Positions 44,828 through 54,031 of a stretch of 59,019 nt of DNA are shown one piece after another. A program made the position numbers and the translations under genes. The stretch comes from a virus (lineage: Duplodnaviria > Caudoviricetes). The notes beneath the pieces were generated by a model. The model made no database searches. It saw only the letters and a program-made list of their open reading frames with translations, and had not been told where the DNA came from. Location: IMG/VR virus record IMGVR_UViG_3300031716_000008, positions 1 through 59,019 of that record. The stretch is one strand, 5' to 3'. Positions within the stretch are counted from its first letter, which is position 1, and each line of letters begins with the position of its first letter.

Positions 44828-45615
44828 TAACGAACCTGGGGTGCTTGTTCGACCTGCGCAGCGATCGCCAGCAGGAGGGCGGAGAAACGATACACGAATA
44901 ACGGGTGCTTGTTCCAGATATTCAGGTAAGTGGCGACTGGCTCGGGCGGCAGCGGCGGAAAGACCTGCGAGACGCCGGCATCGCCGAGCGACGTTTCCAG
45001 GCGGCTGATAACAACGCCGATGTCTGTCTGCGGGCGGCCGGCGGCTTCCACACGCCAGGCGGTGCCATCCGGCACAGCATTGAAACGAATCGTGAGGTCG
45101 GTGCCCGGCAGGATGATCGGTGCGCTCAATCCATTCGCGTGGCCGTAGTGGATATCAAACGTGGCGACCGACGGCCGCTGTCGTTCGATACGGAGCGAGT
45201 CCGGGCTGATCGCCTCGATGCGCCAGACCTGTTGTGCTATGCCTCTGCCCTCGTCGGCCTCGAATGTGCCCGCCAGATAGAGCGGGTAACTGTGGCCAAT
45301 CTGAATCGCATCCACCGTGAACGCCGCATCGAATAGCGTCGTATCTTCCAGCGGTAGATATGTCAGCCGGGGATCATCAGCGACGATGAAATCGGCCAGC
45401 TCAGTGCTATGCAGGAACGTCATCAACTGCCGCACGCGGTAGTTGAGAAACAACCGATCGGGCTCGCGGCCGAACAGCGTCTGGTGAGCCCGCAGCAGGT
45501 GCGGCGGCAACGATCGTTGTTTGAACGCCGGATCGACGAACTCCTCGCCCGGGAAGTCGTGTGCGTAGCCATCCCGGCCGCGATTCATCAGCAATGTACG
45601 CACTGCGTTGATCAC
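44827..45615 (-). CDS. tail-associated hypothetical protein
   Basis: GTG 45615 just after upstream stop; 3' part of ORF 44827..45681. Confidence 0.6.
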   Translation of the reverse strand: MINAVRTLLMNRGRDGYAHDFPGEEFVDPAFKQRSLPPHLLRAHQTLFGREPDRLFLNYRVRQLMTFLHSTELADFIVADDPRLTYLPLEDTTLFDAAFTVDAIQIGHSYPLYLAGTFEADEGRGIAQQVWRIEAISPDSLRIERQRPSVATFDIHYGHANGLSAPIILPGTDLTIRFNAVPDGTAWRVEAAGRPQTDIGVVISRLETSLGDAGVSQVFPPLPPEPVATYLNIWNKHPLFVYRFSALLLAIAAQVEQAPQVR

Positions 45616-45616
45616 G

Positions 45617-46093
45617 TTAGCGCCCCGGGAAGGTGTTGAAACGGAAAGCCCACTGCCCAATGTTGGTTTCAGCATCGGCAACTTCGAGCTGCATGCCGGT
45701 TAGAAATCCGCGAAATGGCACATCGCCAAAGTTTACAAAAACCGGGCTGGCCAGCGCCGACAGCTTCGATCGTTCGTATTCGAGGAGTACTTGCTGCATG
45801 CCGGTGCCCTGAGCGCCGGAACGGCCGCAGGATTGCATAAACGCCACGCCGGACACACGCAATTCGCCGATTTTGTCGCCAAAAATATAGACGTAAATCG
45901 TCTCACCGATCGTATGTAGAAACTGGTAATTACCGCTCTGCTGAATTGCGGCTTGGGTAATGATAGCGCGCGCGCTGGCGAGGTCGCTGCCGATGCCCAT
46001 GCCCTGTAAGCGAATTTGGAACGGCAACGCGGCGTTGTGCTGGCCGGTAGCGCGGTACACGTACCCGCGGCGGTTTGTGATATACGACGGCAT
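45617..46093 (-). CDS. tail tube initiator-like protein (putative)
   Basis: Tube-fold-like YQFLHTIGETIYVYIFGDKIGELRVSG; follows tape measure. Confidence 0.55.
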   Translation of the reverse strand: MPSYITNRRGYVYRATGQHNAALPFQIRLQGMGIGSDLASARAIITQAAIQQSGNYQFLHTIGETIYVYIFGDKIGELRVSGVAFMQSCGRSGAQGTGMQQVLLEYERSKLSALASPVFVNFGDVPFRGFLTGMQLEVADAETNIGQWAFRFNTFPGR

Positions 46094-46096
46094 AAG

Positions 46097-46110
46097 CAGC
46101 CTCCCTGCTG
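46097..46110 (-). promoter_or_regulatory. SD in AGGGAG hairpin loop, putative CsrA site
   Basis: CAGC-AGGGAG-GCTG upstream of 46093. Confidence 0.55.
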
Positions 46111-46118
46111 TACTTCAC

Positions 46119-48995
46119 TCAGTTGCCGTACACCGGCGTATGGTTCGGTTGCCCTGTTAGTCCACTGGCTGCAATACGCACTCGATTGTCGCCGACGATT
46201 TCCAGTGTGCCGGTCATTTGCATACGCTGGGTGCCGCCGCTATCGCCAGCCCCGGTATCTGCGGGTTTTTCCCGGCTGGCAGTCGCGGTTTGCTCGGTTG
46301 TCTGCCCAGCGCGTTCAACGACTTTCGGATCGGTAGAACTATAGCCCCCGGTACTACCGCCGGGCATGTCTCCTTGCGAAGCAAAGAACTCTGCCTCATC
46401 TACCGACGTACCGGCATAAGATCCTTCGCTGGTAGTTCGGTCACGATTCTGGCTATATCGCTCGTCTGCACCTTTGTCGATCGCCTGCAATAATGCGTTG
46501 CGTGTCTTTGGGTCCAGATTACCCTTCGCTTCTCGCAACGTAAGCTCGTCGGCCGCGGCTTTGCCGCCGAGTCGCAATGCGCGGATCAGTCGTGCTTGAT
46601 CATCGCGGTCAGCCTGCCCTTGTTTGGTGATCTTGCCACTCTTATCTCGGTCGACAGCGTCCGCGCGTTTGGAGGCATCTCGGATCTCCGCGAACACCAC
46701 ATCCCGCTCCGCCAGCTCATCGACATTGACGCCGCCGAGCATTTTACCGAGCACCTCTTGCCAACTAGAATCAGCCGCCGCCCCGGCAATAGCATCCGCA
46801 GCCCGCCCTAGCAAGCTCGTCCCACCCAGCCCGGCGAAGGCACTCGCCATTGCGGCATTTGATTCCGACTCAGCGATACGTCGCTTGGCCGCCTCTTGCT
46901 TCTCGAAATTCATGCGCATATCGAGCGGGTTTTTGAATTTACCGGCCGTGCGCGGGTGGGTAGACACTTTGCGACCGAGGCCGGCATAACCCGTAGAGCC
47001 GAGTTGATTTTGACCACCGTAGGCTTGTAACGCTTTCTGCGTGGCGGCTTCGATCTCAGCCTCGCTGGCACCGGGCATTTTTTGCCGCAGTGTTTGCCTA
47101 ATCGCGTTAGCGCCGGCTTCACCAAGTGTTGCATTGCGTTCTTCCGGGCTCTCGAACTTGCTGAGGTCCATATTCATAAAGGCATCGCTCATCGCGGCGC
47201 CGATACCGCGATTGAGTGCGGCCATCTCTTCTTCGTTACCGACGACGCCGGCACGCCGCAACGCGTCGAGCTTACCCTGGCTGCGGCTGGAGGCGTTTCG
47301 CTGAAATGCCTCGGCGCTATAGTTGTTGATCTCTACGCGCTGTAGTTCGCGGGTGATCTGTTGCGTGTTGTATTTAGCTCCGTATTCCTGATTACCATAA
47401 GTGTCGAGGAAGTAGGTCATCGCCGTATTGTTGTCTACGCCCGCGTCGCGAGAGATAATCTCGCCGAGAGCGTTACGGCTCATCAACATGCTTTTGGTTT
47501 TGCCGTTAAACGTGTACGACGCTTGACCGCTACGAAGGGCTTCGACGATCGCGGCGGCCTCCGTGCCGGTTGCTGGTTTGAGAATACCCTCGTCAGCCAT
47601 ACGCAGCACGGCGTTTACTTGATTACCGGCCGGCGACGCAGCGCCGGCCATTCGCAGTTGCTGGTCCATGAGCGTGAGCCCTTCTGTGGTCGGTGCTCCC
47701 CAAGCTCTCGGTATACCGCGATCGCCAATCGCCGCGCCGTAGGCCGCGGCGCTCATCGTAGCGCCGACGGCTAACTGTCGATCGAGACCGAGGCGATCGG
47801 CGAGCGCTCCACCCTGGGCCAGCATACCGGTCATTCTTTGCATACCGATTCCGGTTGTGCGGGCCAGGTCGTGCATCGTACGCACAGTCTTCTCGATTTG
47901 TGCCGGCGGCATTGTGGCCAGTCCGCCCTGTGTAAGCGCATGCAGACCATTCATGATCTGCTCCATGGATGAGTTCGGCCCGAGCATCTCTTTCATTGCC
48001 GCTACGGACCCGGCTAGTCCCTTCAGCCGATCGGCGGTACGGCCGGCGTCTGAGACGCGTAAGATGTCGTCACCGCCAGCGAGCTTGCCGATGTCTTCGT
48101 GCGACATGGCGCCGCCTGACGTCATCATCTGTTGATGCGAATCGCGAATACGTTGCTTGGCTCGCTCCAACCGCCCCGTACGCCCGACCGTGTTGGTCGA
48201 GATACCTTGCATTTCTGGCAAGCGTTCTGCCAGACGTGTCACCGTGCCTTCGTCTAAACTGCCCGGCAACGCTCGCAATCGCTCCGCCAGGCCTTGCGGA
48301 GCACCGAGCAACCCGCGCATCTGCAGTTGCTCCATCATCGCGCCGGCTTCGCCAGCACTTACGCCGTGCATGCCGGCCAAGGGAGCGCCGCGGCCGTAGA
48401 GCCGCTCAAACAGCTCATTGCTCATGGTTGCGGCTGACTCAGCCGACATACCGACGCTACCCGTCACCGGATCGACCCGCGTACGGCCGGCCGAGTGCAG
48501 CCGCTGCGACATGATAATGGCGCTACCGCGCGAGCCGTGCATTTGGTCGATGATATCCGGCCCTAGTAGCATGCTCGCCATTGGCATCATCTGCGAAAAC
48601 TGCTGCGCCATCTGGAAGTTGCGCTGTCGCTCGCCAGCCGTCGGATTCCGGCCGGTAAACATACGCGTCAGGCCGCCAGCAAAGTCCTCGGCAAACGACG
48701 TATCGCGGTTCGCGGCTAACGCCATCGAGCGTTGCTGCCCGGCAAAGAATTGCTGGGCGACCATCTGGTCGAACATATTCTGGGACGGGAAGAGCTGCCC
48801 GGGCCGCATGTTCGCCGGCATGAACGACTGCATCAGCATCGGCAGCCCGAGCTGCATCATCGCCCCGGTGGCATTGCCTTGGACGTTGATATTCACCGGA
48901 CCAGTGAATCTCGGCACCGAGTCCGGTGACCCGAACATCGGCGTACCGCCGAATTGTTGAGCCAGCTGACTAGGGCCGCCGAAAATACGCGACAT
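46119..48995 (-). CDS. tail tape measure protein
   Basis: 958 aa Ala/Gly/Met/Gln-rich helical protein directly after the chaperone pair. Confidence 0.75.
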   Translation of the reverse strand: MSRIFGGPSQLAQQFGGTPMFGSPDSVPRFTGPVNINVQGNATGAMMQLGLPMLMQSFMPANMRPGQLFPSQNMFDQMVAQQFFAGQQRSMALAANRDTSFAEDFAGGLTRMFTGRNPTAGERQRNFQMAQQFSQMMPMASMLLGPDIIDQMHGSRGSAIIMSQRLHSAGRTRVDPVTGSVGMSAESAATMSNELFERLYGRGAPLAGMHGVSAGEAGAMMEQLQMRGLLGAPQGLAERLRALPGSLDEGTVTRLAERLPEMQGISTNTVGRTGRLERAKQRIRDSHQQMMTSGGAMSHEDIGKLAGGDDILRVSDAGRTADRLKGLAGSVAAMKEMLGPNSSMEQIMNGLHALTQGGLATMPPAQIEKTVRTMHDLARTTGIGMQRMTGMLAQGGALADRLGLDRQLAVGATMSAAAYGAAIGDRGIPRAWGAPTTEGLTLMDQQLRMAGAASPAGNQVNAVLRMADEGILKPATGTEAAAIVEALRSGQASYTFNGKTKSMLMSRNALGEIISRDAGVDNNTAMTYFLDTYGNQEYGAKYNTQQITRELQRVEINNYSAEAFQRNASSRSQGKLDALRRAGVVGNEEEMAALNRGIGAAMSDAFMNMDLSKFESPEERNATLGEAGANAIRQTLRQKMPGASEAEIEAATQKALQAYGGQNQLGSTGYAGLGRKVSTHPRTAGKFKNPLDMRMNFEKQEAAKRRIAESESNAAMASAFAGLGGTSLLGRAADAIAGAAADSSWQEVLGKMLGGVNVDELAERDVVFAEIRDASKRADAVDRDKSGKITKQGQADRDDQARLIRALRLGGKAAADELTLREAKGNLDPKTRNALLQAIDKGADERYSQNRDRTTSEGSYAGTSVDEAEFFASQGDMPGGSTGGYSSTDPKVVERAGQTTEQTATASREKPADTGAGDSGGTQRMQMTGTLEIVGDNRVRIAASGLTGQPNHTPVYGN

Positions 48996-48999
48996 CGTA

Positions 49000-49464
49000 T
49001 TAACCTGTTGCTTGTTGTTTCGCGCGACGTTTTTGGCGTTCCAGCTCTTTTTCGTGCTGTGACAACTTGCCTTTAGCGAAGTAGCTCGCTAGCTCGGCCA
49101 CCATTTGGTCATACTGCGGCTCCCCGGGCTTACCGAAGATTTCATGGAACTGCGATACGGCATGGTCGCGACTGGACTTGGTACCGACTTCTCCGATCTC
49201 TTTAGCACGCCACGGGTATAGGCTCTGTAACAGATTAGTCAGCGACTCGTTCGCTGCCGCTTTGCTGTTTTCCCAGCTCTCTTCCGAGAGCCGGGAATGC
49301 GACACTAAGGCTAGGTGATGTCGGTGGTGGGCTCCGTACGCGACTTGGTTATTCTGATTTGCCAGTTCGTCGATAATTAAATGCAATCTTTGCCACGACC
49401 AGCTGTCCCAGGGATCGAACTGGGAGAAATCTATAGCCCCCAGCGTGGCTGCCCGCAGCATCAA
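49000..49464 (-). CDS. tail assembly chaperone, gpT-like (probably expressed by -1 frameshift)
   Basis: In the -1 frame relative to the upstream gene and open from the slippery T TTT TTC. Confidence 0.6.
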   Translation of the reverse strand: MMLRAATLGAIDFSQFDPWDSWSWQRLHLIIDELANQNNQVAYGAHHRHHLALVSHSRLSEESWENSKAAANESLTNLLQSLYPWRAKEIGEVGTKSSRDHAVSQFHEIFGKPGEPQYDQMVAELASYFAKGKLSQHEKELERQKRRAKQQATG

Positions 49465-50720
49465 CGCCGCGGTGCGATCCCTGCGAAAAAATCCGGTTCT
49501 TGTGACATTGTCTCCAGGTATTCTTCCAGCCGACTGAACTGTTGATGCTTCTCTCGAACCAAGCGGGCTAAGGTTTCAGTGGGAATCACTTCCTCGTAAA
49601 CCCAGGTCCGCAGCGGAATAAGCAGCGTCTCCTTCGACCCGGGCTCAGGATCATCGTGCGGTATTTGGTCGATGGGCGGAATGTCAATAATGGCCTCGCC
49701 TCGCCGGAGCTGGGAGATGCCCAGCAACATACGATACTCCCACATCTCGGCCATTAGTTCGCCGTCGCCCATGATTTTGCCGGCGGCAATGTCGTAGCGA
49801 ATCTGCTCCCGGATGAGTCGAGTCTCTGCGACAGTGATTGAGCGAAAACGAATCGCCAACGCTCCGTCCATGGCTGTTAGTTCTTTGGTGAATCGGGTGC
49901 CTCCGAGCAGGGCGGCACGGTAGACCAACTTGTCATCGTCCGTGGGCTCAATCCGGAAAGCGACACGTAGGTCCCATGCGCACCGCGGGCAGTGTGTGAT
50001 CTCCGGCAGGGACCCGGCTGACGCGGCCGGCTCGGCTGGTTGCGGTTGTGGCGGCGGAGCTGCCGCGGCTTGCTGGGCGGCCTCCATGGTCCGGAAAACT
50101 GGGCTAAGGCCGCTGACGGCGCCAACCGTTTTGCCCTCCGGCGTGGGCATCTGCTGGGCGAGCCCGGCAGGCATTTGCGATCCAGCCGGATCGACCATGT
50201 CGTTGACGAAGCCGAACTGACTGCTAGCAGCCTGCATAGCGACCCGCTGGGCCTCGATCACGCTGGGAGGGGCTTCCGGGTTGATTGTGGCCTCCTGCTG
50301 AGCCCGCTGGGCCGCCCAGACCTCTTCCTGGGCCACGTGGGTCTTGTGCTGTGCCAGGTACTCCCGCAGCTCCGCCTGGCGTTCTGCGGGCAAGTCGTCG
50401 ATCTGGATGAGCTTCACCTTGGGCGGGGTCCAACCCTCCGGCACGTCGTGCTTGGCGGTCGCCCGCTCCTGGCTGATCTCGTCCTGGATAACCTTCAGCC
50501 GCTGGGCGAAGTCGCCGGGAATCGGATCGCCATCCTTCCAGCCGAGCTTGGAGAGCTGCTGCCGTGTGTAATCCGTCGGCACCGGGGCGCCTTTGGGGAG
50601 CACGGTGGTAGGACTCAGCGGCTGCATCTGGGCGGCGACCTTGGGTGGCAACACCGGCTCCATCTGCGGCATCGCAGGAGTGCGGCGGACGGTACGACTG
50701 AAATTAGGAGTCTTGGCCAT
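49461..50720 (-). CDS. tail assembly chaperone, gpG-like, with long Pro/Gln-rich N-terminus
   Basis: C-terminal RFTKEL..IRFRSITVAE..EPDFF domain; ATG 50720. Confidence 0.6.
   Translation of the reverse strand: MAKTPNFSRTVRRTPAMPQMEPVLPPKVAAQMQPLSPTTVLPKGAPVPTDYTRQQLSKLGWKDGDPIPGDFAQRLKVIQDEISQERATAKHDVPEGWTPPKVKLIQIDDLPAERQAELREYLAQHKTHVAQEEVWAAQRAQQEATINPEAPPSVIEAQRVAMQAASSQFGFVNDMVDPAGSQMPAGLAQQMPTPEGKTVGAVSGLSPVFRTMEAAQQAAAAPPPQPQPAEPAASAGSLPEITHCPRCAWDLRVAFRIEPTDDDKLVYRAALLGGTRFTKELTAMDGALAIRFRSITVAETRLIREQIRYDIAAGKIMGDGELMAEMWEYRMLLGISQLRRGEAIIDIPPIDQIPHDDPEPGSKETLLIPLRTWVYEEVIPTETLARLVREKHQQFSRLEEYLETMSQEPDFFAGIAPRR
49485..49491 (-). other. -1 programmed ribosomal frameshift heptamer T TTT TTC
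   Basis: X XXY YYZ in the correct phase (GAT TTT TTC) near the end of the chaperone gene. Confidence 0.65.
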
Positions 50721-53391
50721 TGGGTTTCCTGATGACGGTGTATTGCTGCAAGCTGACGGCCTTGGGCACGCCATACTTGGGTTCCTTGTAAGCATCGACC
50801 AGCTCACCGTCTTTGCCGCGGTCTTTGCTGTGTCCTTCTTTGACCTCGAAGAGCGTCAGCTCTTGTTGGAAAAATTTATCGTCAGTGAAGGCGTCCTTGC
50901 CAGGGTACGGATAGAACTGCTGCCCCAGCGTTGCGACCGGCTTCTCCTCCCACGTCGGGAGCGTCTGCCCAGCGAGCCGCGACATCTGCTGCCAGCGGGC
51001 CTCGTAGAGCTTGAAGTCTTCGCTGCTGTATTGTTTGGGATCGCGGAAGCTGAACGTGCCCTTCCGGATCGTCGTGTCCTCGCCCGGCCGATTGGTGTCG
51101 TACCAGGTCGGCTGTAGCTCGGCATTGAAGAATGTCTTACCGAGCTGTGGAATTTCGTTGTTGGCGATCGTCTGCTCGTCGGCGATGGTCTCATTGGCTT
51201 GCCGTAAAGACTCGCCCTCCAGCGTGCCGACAAGATTGCTGGCCGACTTGGCTTGCTCGGTCGCGATATGGCCATTGGTGACGGCAATGCTACCTTGTGT
51301 CAGAAGACTGCCGGCAACGACGGCCGCGCCGCCGATAAACGTCGGCGAGCAAATCGTGCAGAATCCCTCCAGGAAGGAGTTGGCTTTCGTGACGTCACCC
51401 TCGTTGCCGAAATAATGGAAGACGCCGTTAGAGACGTAGTTGTTGATCATGCTGCCGTGGAGCGAGATGTTGGCCTGGCCTTTGTTGGCGTCGATCGTGA
51501 TCACGCCGGCGTCGACGTCGCCACCGCCGGTGCGGACGTAGACGTTCTTGGCCCAGTTGATGACCTCGCTGTGGGCGGCCCGCAGGATGATGCCTTGATA
51601 GACGGCGTCTTCGCCGAACTTCTCGAAGTTGAATTCGTCTTCGGTTGCCCGCGACTCGATCAGCACCCCGCCACTACCGCTATTTCCAGCAACCACTTGT
51701 ACATTTCTCTCCGCCTTGATGCGGACATCGCGTTCAGTCGCGCTGAGATCGATGGAGTTCTTAGCCCGCGTGATCGCATCATATCCAGCCCAGGTGTTGA
51801 CGTTACGGCCGGCCTGGTGCCAGATGTCGCCGGCGGCGCGGGAAGATATGCTGCCTCCGGACATGACGATCTCGCTGCCCCACCCGTCGAAGATGACGAC
51901 CGACCCGTCCGGGAGGAAGTCGATGCCCGATTCGGTTTGATAGTAGTCTTGCTCGCCATAGCGATGGTCCACCTTGATCCGCAGCGGCTTGGGCGGCGGC
52001 AGGATCATCTTACTGGCGAGCTTCGAGTAATCGAAGGCATCGCCATGCAGCGACTTGCCCTCCGTCCACTCCAGGGCACTCTCCTCGGCGAGCCCCCAGT
52101 CCTTGCCGTGCCAGAAGAAAGGGTGAGTGCCGGCATAGTTGAAGAGGTAGGCGTGGAGATCGAGGAGGCCGGCTACGCGCTGCAATGACGCATCATCATC
52201 TTGGGTAGCGGGCTCCGTCGTAATCTTAGGCGCTGGACCATCCCCAGTCTGACCCCCGAACTTGTAGTTAGTGCTCGTATCAGCGTCTGGTTGCTCCGGG
52301 CGCGCCTTCTGCAGAGGAGAGACCATCCCAATCCGCTTATGAATGGAAATTCCGGCCGCGCTGGCAAGGGCGTGATAACCGTTAAGCCCAGTGAACGAAT
52401 CAAATAGGAGGGGATGCTCTGTAGCAGTGCCGAACTTATTAGGACCCTCAGCTCCTCGGGGAGGTCCCTGGATACTCTGCTTAGCTCCTTGGCCCAAGTA
52501 ACCTTGGAATTGCCGGTACCGGTGCCAGGGCATCTGCTTGTCATCTTTCGGTTCCCACTTGCTGTAATGCGGCTCTTTGACTTGCCAGTCTTCGGCCTCC
52601 AATTCTCGCCTGGGATCGCCGGGCTCGAACAGCCCCAGTTGCTCCCACGGATAGGGCGTGATGCCGGTGATGTGGTTGTACTCGTTACCGTCGAGGATGC
52701 CCTCCTGCACCATGCCGGCGGTCCAGAGCTGCAGATTCTGGCCGGCGATCCGCAGGAGCTGATCGTGCAGAAAGGCGAAGATCCCGCAGCTCTCGTCGAC
52801 CGCCAGTTGGACGAGAAACGAGTCGATGCAGATACGGAGCCCGGTCTCGGTGATCCAGCCTTTCTCGCCGCCGGTGGTGAGATCGAACGGCCGGCCGGCG
52901 AGCCAATTGACCGGCCCGGCTAAACCAGTCATCCGCAACGGCAGCTTGTGCGACTCATCTACACGACTACGCGTAGCCAACAGTAGCAGCGATGGAATCG
53001 TTTTGCCGGGGTCCAAGTCCGCTGGAGGTAACACGCCAAGAATAATCGCCGAGGGCCAATGCTCGTGGATTACGGTGAGCACGACTTGGCCAGGCTGTAG
53101 TGTCGTTAGATCGCGTGGTCCGAAGGCCGAGATCGAAGTATCGGCCAACCACACGCCCGTCATGGGCTTATGGCCTTTCTCAAACTGCAGCCGGTAGCAA
53201 TTGGCTACGGCCGTAGCATCGGTAATGGTCGCGATCGCTAATCTTGCCGCCGAGTTAAAACTATGCGTCGTTGCAGCGCCTTGCTGCTGCGGATCGCTGG
53301 TCGGCCTAGATTGCGTCGCTACGCCGGGGGCTGCCGACTGATTCTCTTGAATCGTACGGTATAGACGCCGCGCAGACGCGCCGGCACTCAT
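50704..53391 (-). CDS. gp5/VgrG-like baseplate spike protein
   Basis: N-terminal OB-fold-like LQPGQVVL..AIILGVLP; beta-helix repeats AAGDIWHQAGRNVNTWAGYDAITRAKNSIDLSATERDVRIKAERNV. Confidence 0.65.
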   Translation of the reverse strand: MSAGASARRLYRTIQENQSAAPGVATQSRPTSDPQQQGAATTHSFNSAARLAIATITDATAVANCYRLQFEKGHKPMTGVWLADTSISAFGPRDLTTLQPGQVVLTVIHEHWPSAIILGVLPPADLDPGKTIPSLLLLATRSRVDESHKLPLRMTGLAGPVNWLAGRPFDLTTGGEKGWITETGLRICIDSFLVQLAVDESCGIFAFLHDQLLRIAGQNLQLWTAGMVQEGILDGNEYNHITGITPYPWEQLGLFEPGDPRRELEAEDWQVKEPHYSKWEPKDDKQMPWHRYRQFQGYLGQGAKQSIQGPPRGAEGPNKFGTATEHPLLFDSFTGLNGYHALASAAGISIHKRIGMVSPLQKARPEQPDADTSTNYKFGGQTGDGPAPKITTEPATQDDDASLQRVAGLLDLHAYLFNYAGTHPFFWHGKDWGLAEESALEWTEGKSLHGDAFDYSKLASKMILPPPKPLRIKVDHRYGEQDYYQTESGIDFLPDGSVVIFDGWGSEIVMSGGSISSRAAGDIWHQAGRNVNTWAGYDAITRAKNSIDLSATERDVRIKAERNVQVVAGNSGSGGVLIESRATEDEFNFEKFGEDAVYQGIILRAAHSEVINWAKNVYVRTGGGDVDAGVITIDANKGQANISLHGSMINNYVSNGVFHYFGNEGDVTKANSFLEGFCTICSPTFIGGAAVVAGSLLTQGSIAVTNGHIATEQAKSASNLVGTLEGESLRQANETIADEQTIANNEIPQLGKTFFNAELQPTWYDTNRPGEDTTIRKGTFSFRDPKQYSSEDFKLYEARWQQMSRLAGQTLPTWEEKPVATLGQQFYPYPGKDAFTDDKFFQQELTLFEVKEGHSKDRGKDGELVDAYKEPKYGVPKAVSLQQYTVIRKPNGQDS

Positions 53392-53505
53392 GCCGGCCGT
53401 GAAGCCTTGATCACCTAACACTAATCTACTCCCGCGACAATCGTCGCGACAAACTTGGGCAATCGCCCCGACCGCCGGGCCAGCGGCCAAATTAGCCCTG
53501 CTGCG

Positions 53506-53946
53506 TTACTGCGCGACTTCGAGATCGATATACATGAACTGAAGCTGCTCGCTGATCACCGTGTCCTGTGCGGCCAAGGAGACAGCGATCGACGTGAGTA
53601 CAGCGTCCTGCAAGACATAGCTCAGACCGCCCGGCTGGCAGCCCGCGATCGCCGAGAAGCCGATGTCCTGCGGATTGCAGATGTCGTTGAATTTCGTGAT
53701 CAGGCCAACGGTGAGCGGGGCCGGGCCGATAATGCGGCCGAGCGAAGCGGTGCCCTGGGCACGGCCGCCTACGTAGTACACGTAGTTGGAGCCGACTTCG
53801 TACAGCAGCGTAACTTGCTGTGCGAAATTGAACTGGACGTTCTGCACCAAGAACCCGCGTACGTCCGTACCGGCGAACGTCAGGTTTACCTGGTCGAAAC
53901 GAAACCCACCGCGGTGGATTTGGCCGCCGGCAAAAACGGAACTCAT
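53506..53946 (-). CDS. tail tube protein
   Basis: 146 aa directly after sheath; LVQNVQFNFAQQVTLLYEVGS..ISEQLQF. Confidence 0.8.
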   Translation of the reverse strand: MSSVFAGGQIHRGGFRFDQVNLTFAGTDVRGFLVQNVQFNFAQQVTLLYEVGSNYVYYVGGRAQGTASLGRIIGPAPLTVGLITKFNDICNPQDIGFSAIAGCQPGGLSYVLQDAVLTSIAVSLAAQDTVISEQLQFMYIDLEVAQ

Positions 53947-53952
53947 TTCCGG

Positions 53953-53964
53953 ACCTCCCTGTAT
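53953..53964 (-). promoter_or_regulatory. SD matching CsrA consensus, tail tube
   Basis: ATACAGGGAGGT versus SELEX consensus RUACARGGAUGU (one mismatch). Confidence 0.55.
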
Positions 53965-54031
53965 GTCAGCGGCCCCTCAGTGGGCCAATAGTTGGTTGAA
54001 CTAACCCGACTGCATTCGCAGCCAAAGACTC

